DNA from: Bacillota bacterium
GTDB taxonomy: Bacteria > Sysuimicrobiota > Sysuimicrobiia > Sysuimicrobiales > Segetimicrobiaceae
DNA: 64,000 nt
NCBI GenBank assembly: GCA_021324975.1
Contig: JAJPIA010000101.1
Coordinates: 81,301 to 145,300, forward strand
Direction of reading: 5' to 3'
Part shown: positions 39,410 to 49,396 of the stretch, one piece after another
How the letters are laid out: every line of letters starts with the position of its first letter
Numbering within the stretch: the first letter of the stretch is position 1
Notes under the pieces: model-generated
The model's input: only the letters and a program-made list of their open reading frames with translations
Database searches by the model: none
Told to the model about the DNA's origin: nothing
Program-made: the position numbers and the translations under genes

Positions 39410-40473
39410 GTCTGCGTAGTTTCGGTCGCTGTCTCGCCCGCCACCAGGGTTTCCGCGAGCACGTCCCGGTACACCGCCTCGTACCCGTCCGCCATGCGCT
39501 CCACGGAGAACCGCTCGGCGACCCATCGCCGGCACAACGACCGATCGATGCGCGGAACCTCTTCGACTGCCCGGATCATGTCGGCGATCGTGCGGCAGAC
39601 GAAGCCGGTCTGCTCATGGGCAACGACCTCCGGGACCGAGCCATGCGCCATGGCGATCACGGGGGTGCCGCACGCCATCGCTTCGACCACCGTGATCCCG
39701 AACGGTTCCGGCCAGTCGATCGGGAACAAATACGCATAGGCGTTCCCGAGGAACTCGTCCTTCTGAGCTTCGTCGATCTCGCCGAGATACTCAATGCTGG
39801 GATGTCGCAGGAACGGTTTGATCGCGTGCGTGAAATAGTCGCGGTCGGCGGGGTCCACTTTGGCCGCAATCTTTAACGGCATCTCCGCGGCACGGGCGAT
39901 CTCGATGGCACGATCCAGCCGCTTTTCAGGAGCGATTCGCCCAAGAAACGCGAGGTAGTCCCCCGGCCGGTCCCGGAGCGTGAAGTTCCGCAGCTCGATG
40001 CCATTGTAGACCGTGGCCAGCCAATTGGCGGACGGCAGCGGCGCGCGTTGCGCATCGCTGATCGAGACGAGCTGCACCTCCGCAAAGTCCGCGAACACTT
40101 CGCTCAGTTCCGGCAGGTCGAGCCTGCCGTGCGTCGTGGTCACGAGCGGCGTGCGGATGAGCCGGGAATACGGGAACGCAAAATAATCAATGTGGTTGTG
40201 GATGATGTCGAACTCGGCCGCCATCTGGCTGACGCGTCCGAGTTCACGGATTGTGTAGGCGACGTAGTCGCGCACGTCGGGATTGAGCCGCAGCCCTTCG
40301 GGGCAACATGGGACCAAGCGTGCCGACGTCCGCGAATCACCGCTTGCGAAGAGCACGACATCGTGCCCGCGTCGCACGAGCTCCTCGGTCAACCCGTAGA
40401 CGACGCGCTCGGTGCCACCATATAGCTTTGGCGGGACGGATTCGTACAACGGTGCCACTTGTGCGATGCGCAT
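39406..40473 (-). CDS. Glycosyltransferase family 4
   Basis: MRIAQVAP..SVPP..YGGTER; FLGRI.PEK; WPEPFG..VEAMACGTPV. Confidence 0.95.
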   Translation of the reverse strand: MRIAQVAPLYESVPPKLYGGTERVVYGLTEELVRRGHDVVLFASGDSRTSARLVPCCPEGLRLNPDVRDYVAYTIRELGRVSQMAAEFDIIHNHIDYFAFPYSRLIRTPLVTTTHGRLDLPELSEVFADFAEVQLVSISDAQRAPLPSANWLATVYNGIELRNFTLRDRPGDYLAFLGRIAPEKRLDRAIEIARAAEMPLKIAAKVDPADRDYFTHAIKPFLRHPSIEYLGEIDEAQKDEFLGNAYAYLFPIDWPEPFGITVVEAMACGTPVIAMAHGSVPEVVAHEQTGFVCRTIADMIRAVEEVPRIDRSLCRRWVAERFSVERMADGYEAVYRDVLAETLVAGETATETTQT

Positions 40474-40678
40474 CGAACTTCCCCCCCCTTAAACAGAGAC
40501 GCAGGGCAGCTCGGCACCGCCCTGCGTCGCATCGAGACCTCGTTGAACGCTGCACCCGCACCGCCGCGATGAATACTCGCAGGGCCCTCGCCGGGCACAT
40601 CTCGCACACGCGTCTTCAGTTGTTCAGCTTTGCGTCCCTCATCTTAGGAACGTGATCGGCATGATGTCAAGCACGCCA

Positions 40679-40740
40679 GAGTGTTCGGGAGTGTTCGGGA
40701 GTGTTCGGGGATGTTCGTCGCTCCCACAGCGGACGAACAT
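40679..40740. repeat. Three 10-bp tandem repeats plus hairpin
   Basis: GAGTGTTCGG x3, then ATGTTCGTC...GACGAACAT inverted repeat. Confidence 0.75.
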
Positions 40741-40833
40741 GGACACACCGCACGCTCTCGCGCCGTCCCCCCTTCTGTCGGCGCGCGCGCTATCCCCGAG
40801 CCGGGCCACCACGTGATCGACTCCGCTCTCCGC

Positions 40834-41139
40834 TTACTTGATGGGACGCCCCGGCCGTAGCTCCTGCGTTCGTTTGGCGAAGTCCCCGCCCGCGTGGTGC
40901 ACGCGCTTCAGCCGTTGCACCTCCCGTTGGAGCGCACTCTCCACGAGTTGTGACAGGGTCAGCCTCTCTGGCGGTCCGGACAACGCGACGGTGACATCCC
41001 GCAATTCGTCCACCAGCACCTCCGCAAGGTAAAAGGTCACCCGGACCTTCCGCTGGGCACCTTCCTCCGGCGCTCGAACCGGCACCGGATGCCGCGCGCT
41101 GCCCTTTGTCCGACCCTCTCCGTTGTGCCTTGTGTTCAT
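40834..41139 (-). CDS. Ribbon-helix-helix-like DNA-binding protein (plasmid centromere-binding type)
   Basis: KVRVTFYL..LVDELR...TLSQLVE.AL.REV.RL...G..F....LRPGRP. Confidence 0.6.
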   Translation of the reverse strand: MNTRHNGEGRTKGSARHPVPVRAPEEGAQRKVRVTFYLAEVLVDELRDVTVALSGPPERLTLSQLVESALQREVQRLKRVHHAGGDFAKRTQELRPGRPIK

Positions 41140-41224
41140 CAGCGCTCCCGCACCGTTCATCAGTGGCATCATATCACGTCGGACGGCTTTTGTACACATT
41201 TCATTCAAATCACACAAATGACCC

Positions 41225-41254
41225 TTGACAATAAAGACCATAAATACGTACAAT
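41225..41254 (+). promoter_or_regulatory. Sigma70-type promoter of hsp20
   Basis: TTGACA-18-TACAAT in an AT-rich patch. Confidence 0.75.
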
Positions 41255-41301
41255 ACTGTGCGAAACCAACCATGATGATCCGACGAAGGGAGGCCTGTGT
41301 C

Positions 41302-41790
41302 ATGATCAGCTCTACGCGCTGGAACCCGTTTGCGGACCTGCTCGCCATGCAGCGCGACATGGCCAATTTCGTCAACCGAGCGCTAGGAGGCCCGGACGCC
41401 TCGAGCGGTCCCTCGGGGCGAGGCGTGGCATGGACTCCTGGGACGGAGGCATTCTACAAGGACAATGCGCTGGTGGTCCGAGCATGGCTGCCGGGCGTGG
41501 ATCCGAACAAGGTCGACGTGCAAGTGGTGGGCAACATGCTGACGTTGAAGGGGGAACGCGTTTTCCCCTATCAACTGCCCGAGAACGCGTATTTGTATAG
41601 CGACGTGGCATACGGACCGTTTGAGCGCGTGTTGACGTTGCCCGAGACCCTCCAGTTCGATCGCATCTCAGCGAGGTACGCAGCCGGCGTCCTGGAGATC
41701 ACCATCCCGGTTCACGAAGGCGCATTGCCCAAGAAGGTGTCAATCGACGTTCAACCCGAGCCGAAGACGGTTGCGGCCACCACCAGATAG
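41302..41790 (+). CDS. Hsp20/alpha-crystallin small heat-shock protein
   Basis: WNPF; LPGVD, LTLKGER, YG.FER.L.LP, A.Y..GVLEI.IP. Confidence 0.93.
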   Translation: MISSTRWNPFADLLAMQRDMANFVNRALGGPDASSGPSGRGVAWTPGTEAFYKDNALVVRAWLPGVDPNKVDVQVVGNMLTLKGERVFPYQLPENAYLYSDVAYGPFERVLTLPETLQFDRISARYAAGVLEITIPVHEGALPKKVSIDVQPEPKTVAATTR

Positions 41791-41808
41791 CCGCGCCCTC
41801 GCCCCGGG

Positions 41809-41849
41809 CGGATGGCGCGAGGTGCAACGAGTCAGCCTCGCGCCATCCG
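41809..41849 (+). terminator. 14-bp-stem hairpin after hsp20
   Basis: CGGATGGCGCGAGG / CCTCGCGCCATCCG; no clear U-tract. Confidence 0.45.
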
Positions 41850-42095
41850 GTGAAGTTGGTCATGGGGACCAGCCTTCGCGTGTTCTACGTCGTCTGTCGC
41901 GGTTGTCAATCGTCGCTACCGATCATCGGCCTGGCGGCTCACGCCGGTGCCCTTCATGCGGCGATGTGCGCGACGGTGCTTGGAAGCGGTTACCGCAGAT
42001 GCCCCAGTTGTGGGCAGGGGTACGAGTACCGAGCCGAAGACGTCCGCTGGTACGATTCGTCCACCTTCCAAGAGCACCCGAGCGAGTGCGATTGA
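41850..42095 (+). CDS. Small putative Zn-ribbon protein
   Basis: CRGC and CPSC pairs. Confidence 0.45.
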   Translation: MKLVMGTSLRVFYVVCRGCQSSLPIIGLAAHAGALHAAMCATVLGSGYRRCPSCGQGYEYRAEDVRWYDSSTFQEHPSECD

Positions 42096-42265
42096 GCGTG
42101 ACAACGTAACTGCGGCGGGGCTCGATCGAACCATCACCGACGGGGCCGTCGTCTGGGCATGATGCGACCTACACGGTACGGGGTACGGTCTAACGGGCAG
42201 CGCGCGCACAAGATCAACGTGTCCCGCACCAGGCGCGACAACTGGTCTGCTATGGCCGTTCGGCC

Positions 42266-44431
42266 TTAAGGACTGGGCAAGAAGACCCCGTAATCCTCGA
42301 CCGGCTCAACGATGCACGGCCCGCTGATATCGAGAACGTCGATCCGAGACCGTGTACCTTCCCGCCAGCACCGGAACGCGACGCGCGCGGACCCGACCCT
42401 GAGATTCTCGACTTCGACCCAGTCGAGCCAGGACGGCAGCGCGGGCGCAACGTAGAGCCGATCTCGAGGGGCGTCTGCCCGAAGGCCGAGCAGCATCTGC
42501 AGCAGCAGAAACGCGCTGCCGGCCGCCCACGCCTGCGGGATATTCGCGCCCAGGTACTGCACCGGGAATCCTCCATCGGCACGCGCCAGACCGGACAACA
42601 ACTCGGGCAGCCGGTACCGCTGAAAGGCAGCGGCGGCATCCAGGATGGCCCGGGCGATCCGAGCGGTTGCTGCCACATCGCCGTATCGCCGACAGCCGGC
42701 CGCAATGAGGGAGTTGTCATGGGGCCAGACCGCGCCCCGCTGGTACGCGTAGGGGTTGAACGCGGGATGCGCCGCGCTGAGCGTGCGGATGCCCCACCCG
42801 CTCCACATATCCTCCCGCATCAGGCGGGCGATCACGCGCGGTGCGCGCGCAGGGGCGGCAATCCCGGACCACAGACAGTGCCCGGCGTTGCTGACGGCGC
42901 TCGTAATGGGATCTTTGTGCGAGTCCAGGCCGAACGCAAACGTCCCCTCGTCATCAAGCCAGAAGGCCGCATCAAACCGCTCGGCGAGGTTCCGTGCTTC
43001 CTCGCGAAGCCGGCCTGCCCGCTCCGGCTCGCCCACGGCCTCGTAGAGCACCGCCATCCGGCGCTTCGCGTCATACGCATACCCTTGCAGTTCACAAAGC
43101 GCAATGGGGGGCTCGACGGGCTGGCCATCGGCGTAGACTGTGCCATCCGTGGAGTCCTTCCATCCCTGATGTTTGATGCCATGAGGCGATCGCGTCCGGT
43201 ATTCTTGGAATCCGTCGCCGTCCCGGTCCCCGTAACGGTCCATCCACTCCAGGCAGCGCTGGGCGATGGGCATGCGTGCGGAGAGCAATTCCCGCTCGCC
43301 CGTCCATAGATACGTCTCGTGTAGCAGAATCGGATACAGCAGCGTGGCATCAGCGGTCCCATAGTACGGTGTGTGCGGGATCTGCCCAAACCACGCCAGC
43401 TCGCCCCTGCGCAGTTCATGTGGGAGTTTGCCCGGATCGGCGTCCCGAAAGTCGTCCGAGGCTGTGGCTTGATGCTGCGCCAGCGACGCAAGCGCGCCCG
43501 CCGCGAAGGACGGATTAAGCGGGAGCGTCTGGAAGCCGGCGATCAAACTGTCGCGACCGAATAGGGCGACAAACCAGGGCGCGCCGGCCGCAAGCACCAG
43601 CGACGCCTCCGGGCCCTGCGTCGCGTCCAGCAACAGGGAGACGAGATCATCGGCCGATTGCCGTAACGTGGCCGTCACGGCTTCATCGCTCGTCCGGATA
43701 TGAGTGGACGCCGCGTGCCACGCGTCTACGATGGTCGGACGCGCGGCCGGGAAAGCTTCGCCCCGGAGCGACGTCGGAAGATGGACGATATCGTCGCGCT
43801 CGGGCGAGAGCTGCACCCTGGCGCGCCATCGCGCCCCTGGCGGAAGCGTCAGCTCGAACAGCAGCGCATGACGTTCGTATCGAGCGGACGTGGACGACTC
43901 GACAATCCGATACAACGCCTGGGTGCGGTAGCCGTTCCGATTGTACGCTACCGTGAGTTGTTGGGTGTCAGCGTCCCAAACCGTCGTGATCGCCCGGCGT
44001 ATACGCGGGTGATGGCTCCGTACCTCGAACACGTCCGCAAAATCTGTTCCGATTTCGAGCTCCAGGGTTAGCCGGACTGGTTCACGATGATAATTGACGA
44101 GCACGAAATCTTCGTGCATCGCGCTCGATACGCGCCGCTCGACGGTGAGACCAACTACGTTCTTGGGAATCGGTCCCGCGGCGCTAAGCAGCGCGACATT
44201 CGTGAACTCGAATCGCGCCGCGGTATGAGAAACGGATGCTGACGTCACGAGCTTCCACTTGCGTCCGTTGATGCGATACTGATAGTGCGACAGGAATCGG
44301 GTGTCGTGCGTGAAAAATCCTTGTTCAGCGCGGCTTTGGATCCCAGCGTCGGGCTTGCTCACGATGAACGCGAGGCCGCGGTGAACCGTAATGGTGTCCG
44401 GGCCGATTTTGATGTCGCCCGGCACCAGCAT
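42266..44431 (-). CDS. Amylo-alpha-1,6-glucosidase / glycogen-debranching family glycoside hydrolase
   Basis: DTRFLS, AGAPWF.ALFGRDS, PGK.PHE.R, QGWKDS, YQRG.VWPHDN, PQAWAA. Confidence 0.93.
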   Translation of the reverse strand: MLVPGDIKIGPDTITVHRGLAFIVSKPDAGIQSRAEQGFFTHDTRFLSHYQYRINGRKWKLVTSASVSHTAARFEFTNVALLSAAGPIPKNVVGLTVERRVSSAMHEDFVLVNYHREPVRLTLELEIGTDFADVFEVRSHHPRIRRAITTVWDADTQQLTVAYNRNGYRTQALYRIVESSTSARYERHALLFELTLPPGARWRARVQLSPERDDIVHLPTSLRGEAFPAARPTIVDAWHAASTHIRTSDEAVTATLRQSADDLVSLLLDATQGPEASLVLAAGAPWFVALFGRDSLIAGFQTLPLNPSFAAGALASLAQHQATASDDFRDADPGKLPHELRRGELAWFGQIPHTPYYGTADATLLYPILLHETYLWTGERELLSARMPIAQRCLEWMDRYGDRDGDGFQEYRTRSPHGIKHQGWKDSTDGTVYADGQPVEPPIALCELQGYAYDAKRRMAVLYEAVGEPERAGRLREEARNLAERFDAAFWLDDEGTFAFGLDSHKDPITSAVSNAGHCLWSGIAAPARAPRVIARLMREDMWSGWGIRTLSAAHPAFNPYAYQRGAVWPHDNSLIAAGCRRYGDVAATARIARAILDAAAAFQRYRLPELLSGLARADGGFPVQYLGANIPQAWAAGSAFLLLQMLLGLRADAPRDRLYVAPALPSWLDWVEVENLRVGSARVAFRCWREGTRSRIDVLDISGPCIVEPVEDYGVFLPSP

Positions 44432-44469
44432 ACGGGCATCCACGACTGATGAACGGCGTGAGCGTGCGT

Positions 44470-44652
44470 TTACACGGTATTCGCGAAGTCCCGCATGAAT
44501 CGTTCCAGCGCGTCGATCGCCGCCTGAACCTGCTTCACCACGTCTTTGACCGACGGGTATTCGCCCATTCCCTTGAGCCCCACCGCCACGCGACGAAGAT
44601 CGCGCTGGCAACTCGCAGCCGCATCTCGCAACACCGTGATCTTTGCCGCCAT
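44470..44652 (-). CDS. Small helical hypothetical protein
   Basis: RBS AGGAGGG; 60-aa ORF upstream of the hydrolase. Confidence 0.5.
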   Translation of the reverse strand: MAAKITVLRDAAASCQRDLRRVAVGLKGMGEYPSVKDVVKQVQAAIDALERFMRDFANTV

Positions 44653-44951
44653 TTGTCCCTCCTGCCCGAACGCTGCGATTGAGAATTCGGTTTGCGGAGA
44701 ACGGACGACGTTCCTCCCGCACAGAACGCCAGTGTCAGGAACACCGAGGTTACCATAGTTTCAGTGCGACCAGCTGACGCGACACCCAAGGTCGGAACTA
44801 ATAATTGGTGCCCCTGTTGGCCTACCGTCATATCTGGTATCTTTCGGCACCGCCCACTCCCTGCAGCAGAGGAAAACCATAGGGAAAGCCCGCGCCCCAT
44901 AGAATGGGGTGGTGGGGCCTGAGGTTCGGCCATGCGAGGGAGGGTGCGCCG

Positions 44952-45488
44952 GTGAGGACTGTCCTTCTGCTCGTGGCGGGGCTGTTGGCAGTCGTGATCG
45001 GCATCATGCCCTGGCAGACGACCGCGGCCCAGCAACCGCGGACGGTCACGGTGGCGCTCTACGCGGACGCGATTTCCCTGGATCCCGAGAACACGAACGA
45101 TAACCTCACGTATTCCATCGAGCGCGAAGTGTACGACGGGCTCGTCGGGATCTCGCCCGACTTGAAGTTCGTTCCGGAGCTCGCGACGTCGTGGGACGTG
45201 TCGCCGGACGCTCGAGTCTATACGTTCCACCTCCGGCGCGGGGTAACGTTCCAGGACGGCACGCCCTTCAACGCCCAGGCCGTGAAGATCAACTTCGACC
45301 GCGCCAGGGATCCCGCGAACAAGTTGATCCGGCGCAACCTCTACGAGAACATTGCTTCGATTGACGTCGTCGATGACTGGACGGTTCGGTTCGCGCTGGC
45401 AAAGCCGTTCGGCGCGATGATGTACAACTTCTCCCACGCTGCGAGCCGCGTCGTCAGCCCTGCGGCCATCGCGAAAGGCGAGCAGTAG
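44952..45488 (+). pseudogene. Peptide/glutathione ABC substrate-binding protein (family 5), truncated at 178 aa
   Basis: SLDP, YDGLV, PELA.SW.VS.D..YTF.LR.GV.FQDGTPFNA.AVK. Confidence 0.85.
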
Positions 45489-45702
45489 CGGTAGGGCGAA
45501 AATCTGTCGTGCGACTGCGGTGTTTGCGCCGGTACCAGTGCGCCTTGCATCACCGAAAGAAGGGATCGGGGGTGCGAGGCAGGGGGGTCGGCGGCAAGCG
45601 CGAAGTCTGGCCGGGACGAGACTCGCGTGCGCGGTGGCGCTCGAATCTTCCAACCCGTCCTGCGCACGCGCTGGGGTATTGAAGTCGACTGGACGACCGC
45701 AG

Positions 45703-48700
45703 GTGGACAGTCCAGATCTCGGTATCCAGTTGCTCGGGGGCTTTCGCGCCGCCTACCGTGGCGCCGACCTGACCATCCGTTCCGAGCGGGTGCAATCGCT
45801 CCTCGCCTATCTGGCACTCCACCGCGGGAGTCCCCAGAACCGCGCGCACGTGGCGTCGGTATTCTGGCCGGACTCCCCGGAAGCGCAGGCGCGGACCAAC
45901 CTCAGGAAGCTCATGCTCGAACTGCGCCATGCGCTCCCCCGCGCCGATCGGTATGTGCGCAGCGACGGCGCGGCGCTCACCTGGAACGAGCGCGCCCCGT
46001 ATCGGCTCGATGTCGCCGAGTTCGAACGAGCCGCCCGGTCCGCCTCGGCACGATCGTTAGAGCGGGCTGTGACGCTCTACCGTGGAGAGCTGCTGCCGGG
46101 CGTTTACGACAACTGGGTGCTCTCCGAGCGCGAGCGGCTGCGGCGGGCGCACATCGCCGTGCTGGAGCGGCTGGTGACGATCATGGAAACCCGGTGCGCG
46201 TACCCCAAGGCGCTTGCGTACGCACAGCAACTCCTCGCGGAGGACCCGCTTCGGGAAGACACGTACCGCCTGCTGATGCGCTTACACGCGGTAACCGGTA
46301 ATCACGCTGGCGCGTTGCGCATGTACCACGCGTGCACAACCGTTCTGCAACGCGAACTTGGCGTTTCCCCGAGCTCGGCGACCCGGGAGGCGTACGCGCG
46401 CCTGTTGCACGCGGACGCACGACCCACACCGGCCCCGTTGGCCGTCCCGTCCCTTATCGGCCGTGAGCGCGAGTGGGAGCAGGTGCTCGCGGCTTGGAAG
46501 GACGCCGCGTACGGCCCGCGGGTCGTCGCCTTCACAGGCGAGGCCGGGATCGGCAAGACGCGGCTGGCCGAGGAGATCGCGGACTGGGCCGCGCGCCAAG
46601 GGATCGCCGTGGCGCGGGCACGATGCTACGCGGCGAAGCGCGGGCTGGCCTACGACACCGTAGCCGCACTCGTGCGCACGCGGCTGCCGCTCCCCCCTCT
46701 CGGGATGCCATGGCGGCGCGAGGTAGCGCGGGTGCTCCCCGAACTCGCGGCCGGCCACCCGGAGCTGTCGTCGCCGGAGCCACTCAGGGAAGGCTGGCAG
46801 CGCCGGCGCCTGTTCGAAGCCCTGGCGCGCGTCATGCTGGGAAGTCAGCCCTTGGTCATCGCGGTGGACGATCTTCACTGGTGCGATCGCGACAGCCTCG
46901 AGTGGCTTCACTACCTCACCACGTACGATGAGGAGGCCCGTCTACTGCTCGTCATCGCCGTCCGGCAGGACGAGGTCGGGCCCGGCCATCTCGGCGGCAG
47001 GGTGTTGGCCTCGTGGCGCCGCAGTGGGCGGCTCGCCGAGATCGAAGTTGCACCGCTGGATTGCGGTGCTACGGCCCGCCTGTCCGCCGCGGTCAGCGGC
47101 GAGGCTCTGGACGCCGGCGAGGCTGGACGTGTGTTTCGGGCAACAGGTGGCAACCCGCTCTACGTGATCGAACTGACGCGGGCGGGGTGGGCCCGCGCCG
47201 TCGCCGCCTCCTCCGCCGCGCGTCCGCTGCCGCCGCGTGTCCAGGCCCTTATCCAGGCGCGGCTGGACGGGCTATCGTCCGCGGCCCGCGACGCGGCGGG
47301 GGCCGCCGCGGCGATCGGCCGCGAGTTCACGTTTGCATTGCTGGCGCGCGTCGTGGGAGGTGACGACGCGGCGCTGCTTGCGGCCGTGGACGAACTGTGG
47401 CGGCGGCGCATCCTCCGCGAGTCGGGCGCCGATGCGTACGATTTCGGCCACGAGACTCTGAGGGACGCCGTCTACGCTGGGCTCGGCCCCGCCCGCCGGG
47501 CGCGACTGCACCGTCGGATCGCGGAGGCGTTGGAAGCTCTGCACGAGCCGTTCCGGGACGAGATCAGCGGGGAGATCGCGTCCCACTTCGATCGCGCAGG
47601 CGAGCCTGTGCGTGCCATACCGTACTACCGGCGCGCAGCAGAGGCGGCCCGCCGCGTGTACGCCAACGACCTGGCGGCGCGCTGCTACGAGCGGCTCGTT
47701 GAGCTTACTGCAGACGCCGGGCGCATCGACGCGCTGCGCGCGCTCGGGGACGTGCGGGAGTTCACCGGACGGTGGGTGCAGGCGGCGGAAGCGTACGAGC
47801 GGGCGCTGACCCTGGCCCGTGAGATCGGCGATCATGGGATCCTGGCGCGGTGCCGCACGGCGCTGGGACGGTTGCTCGTGCGCCGGGGTCACTATGCCGC
47901 GGCGCTGGGCCATCTGGAGCAAGCTCGTGCCGATTGGGGACGCGTCGCAGATCCGGCCGGCCTCGCCGATGCGCTGCTGAACATCGGTATCGCCCACTGG
48001 TCCCAAGGCCGGTATACAGAGGCGATCGCGGCCTACGCCGAGATGCTGCGACTTGCCCGCAGCAGCGGTGACCGCCGCCGAGAAGCCGAGGCGATCGGAC
48101 ACATTGGGCTTGTGCATTATGAACGGCTTGAATATGCGCAAGCGCTCGTCTGCTACGAGCAGCATCTTAGGATAGCACGCGAACTGGACGACAAGCACAC
48201 TATCGCGAGGGTGACCGGCAACCTCGGCACGGTGTTGCACAAGCTCGGAGACTTTCCCCGGGCGGCGATGGCGCACATTGAAGGCGCGCAGCTCGCAGAG
48301 GCGATCGGCGACCGGCGCACGCTGAGTCTCGCGCTGGGCAACCTCGGAACGGTGTGTCACGATAGCGGCGACGCGCCGCGAGCCCTGGCCTGTTATCGGA
48401 CGGCACTCGCTCTCGCGCTGGACATCGGTGAACCGTGGCACGCGGGGATCATCGCGGGCAACGCCTCGCGGACTTTGATGGCACTCGGGGAACAGCGTAT
48501 CGCCGATCGGGCGCTCGCGGCCGCCGTCGCGCTCGGACGGCGGCATCTCCACGGGCCTTATTTCCTCTCCAAGCACCTGTGCTGGCAGGCGGAGGCCGCG
48601 CTCGGACAAGGAAGAACAGCCGAGGCCGAGGCCCTCGCCGCCGAAGCGGCGCACATCGCGACGGAAGTCGGACGCCGGGACATCCAGCTGCGTGCAAGCA

Positions 48701-49137
48701 TCCTCCTGATCCGGATTCGTGCTGCTCTGCGCGAGATGCCGGTCTGCGACGCGATCGGTCAGTTGGAGGGGATGCTGGCCGCGTGGTCGGCGGTCCGCGA
48801 GCAGGCGGAGATTCACTACGCGGCATGGCAGATCGATGGTGCCCGGGACGACCATTGCCGGGCCGCGGCGGCAATGTACCGGACGGCATATGAGACGGTG
48901 CCGAACGTCGAGTACAGCACGCGTTACGCGGAGTTGACCGGGGGTGCGCTGCCGGCCCCTCGGCCGCTGTGTGAAGTCCCGGAGTTGGCCGCGCGACCCG
49001 GACCATCTCTCGAGGCGCTCGTGCGGGATCTTGAACAAATGGCCTCGGAATCAGGGGCAGCCGAGATCGAGTCTCCCTCCGTCGCGGTGGAGCCCCTGAC
49101 GATGTCCGCCGAGTCGGCGCCCAACAAGTTGGTCTGA
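45703..49137 (+). CDS. SARP (wHTH-BTAD) - AAA ATPase - TPR regulator
   Basis: LLAYLAL, FWPDS.E.QAR.NLR, LYRG.LL, DPLRE; GEAGIGKT; DDLHW.D; TGGNPL; TPRs. Confidence 0.93.
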   Translation: MDSPDLGIQLLGGFRAAYRGADLTIRSERVQSLLAYLALHRGSPQNRAHVASVFWPDSPEAQARTNLRKLMLELRHALPRADRYVRSDGAALTWNERAPYRLDVAEFERAARSASARSLERAVTLYRGELLPGVYDNWVLSERERLRRAHIAVLERLVTIMETRCAYPKALAYAQQLLAEDPLREDTYRLLMRLHAVTGNHAGALRMYHACTTVLQRELGVSPSSATREAYARLLHADARPTPAPLAVPSLIGREREWEQVLAAWKDAAYGPRVVAFTGEAGIGKTRLAEEIADWAARQGIAVARARCYAAKRGLAYDTVAALVRTRLPLPPLGMPWRREVARVLPELAAGHPELSSPEPLREGWQRRRLFEALARVMLGSQPLVIAVDDLHWCDRDSLEWLHYLTTYDEEARLLLVIAVRQDEVGPGHLGGRVLASWRRSGRLAEIEVAPLDCGATARLSAAVSGEALDAGEAGRVFRATGGNPLYVIELTRAGWARAVAASSAARPLPPRVQALIQARLDGLSSAARDAAGAAAAIGREFTFALLARVVGGDDAALLAAVDELWRRRILRESGADAYDFGHETLRDAVYAGLGPARRARLHRRIAEALEALHEPFRDEISGEIASHFDRAGEPVRAIPYYRRAAEAARRVYANDLAARCYERLVELTADAGRIDALRALGDVREFTGRWVQAAEAYERALTLAREIGDHGILARCRTALGRLLVRRGHYAAALGHLEQARADWGRVADPAGLADALLNIGIAHWSQGRYTEAIAAYAEMLRLARSSGDRRREAEAIGHIGLVHYERLEYAQALVCYEQHLRIARELDDKHTIARVTGNLGTVLHKLGDFPRAAMAHIEGAQLAEAIGDRRTLSLALGNLGTVCHDSGDAPRALACYRTALALALDIGEPWHAGIIAGNASRTLMALGEQRIADRALAAAVALGRRHLHGPYFLSKHLCWQAEAALGQGRTAEAEALAAEAAHIATEVGRRDIQLRASILLIRIRAALREMPVCDAIGQLEGMLAAWSAVREQAEIHYAAWQIDGARDDHCRAAAAMYRTAYETVPNVEYSTRYAELTGGALPAPRPLCEVPELAARPGPSLEALVRDLEQMASESGAAEIESPSVAVEPLTMSAESAPNKLV

Positions 49138-49396
49138 AGATAAGGATCCCCCGGAAGGTCGGTTGCTCCCCGTCGTTACCGACCGGACTTGTGCGTCCGA
49201 CTGACCATCTGCTCGTGCTCCGGTTACCTCTTCCGTAAGTCTTCAGCCCGCCCTGGACACCCACTACCTCGGAACGCTCTTGAAACGCCCCACCATGTAC
49301 ACCATGAACTGACGACGAGGTTGCTGCCAGCCGAAACCGGACGCGCGATCGGTGCCGCGGTCCGGTCAGGCGGAGTGCCGTATCGGGGGGTGAGTC

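Noticed and set aside
40679-40717. Short tandem repeat as CRISPR or SOS box
   Set aside because: 10-bp units without spacers; does not match GAAC-N4-GTTC or GTTC-N7-GTTC
49170-49240. GTTAC/GTAAG elements as SARP boxes
   Set aside because: Not at a consistent 11-bp period and too degenerate
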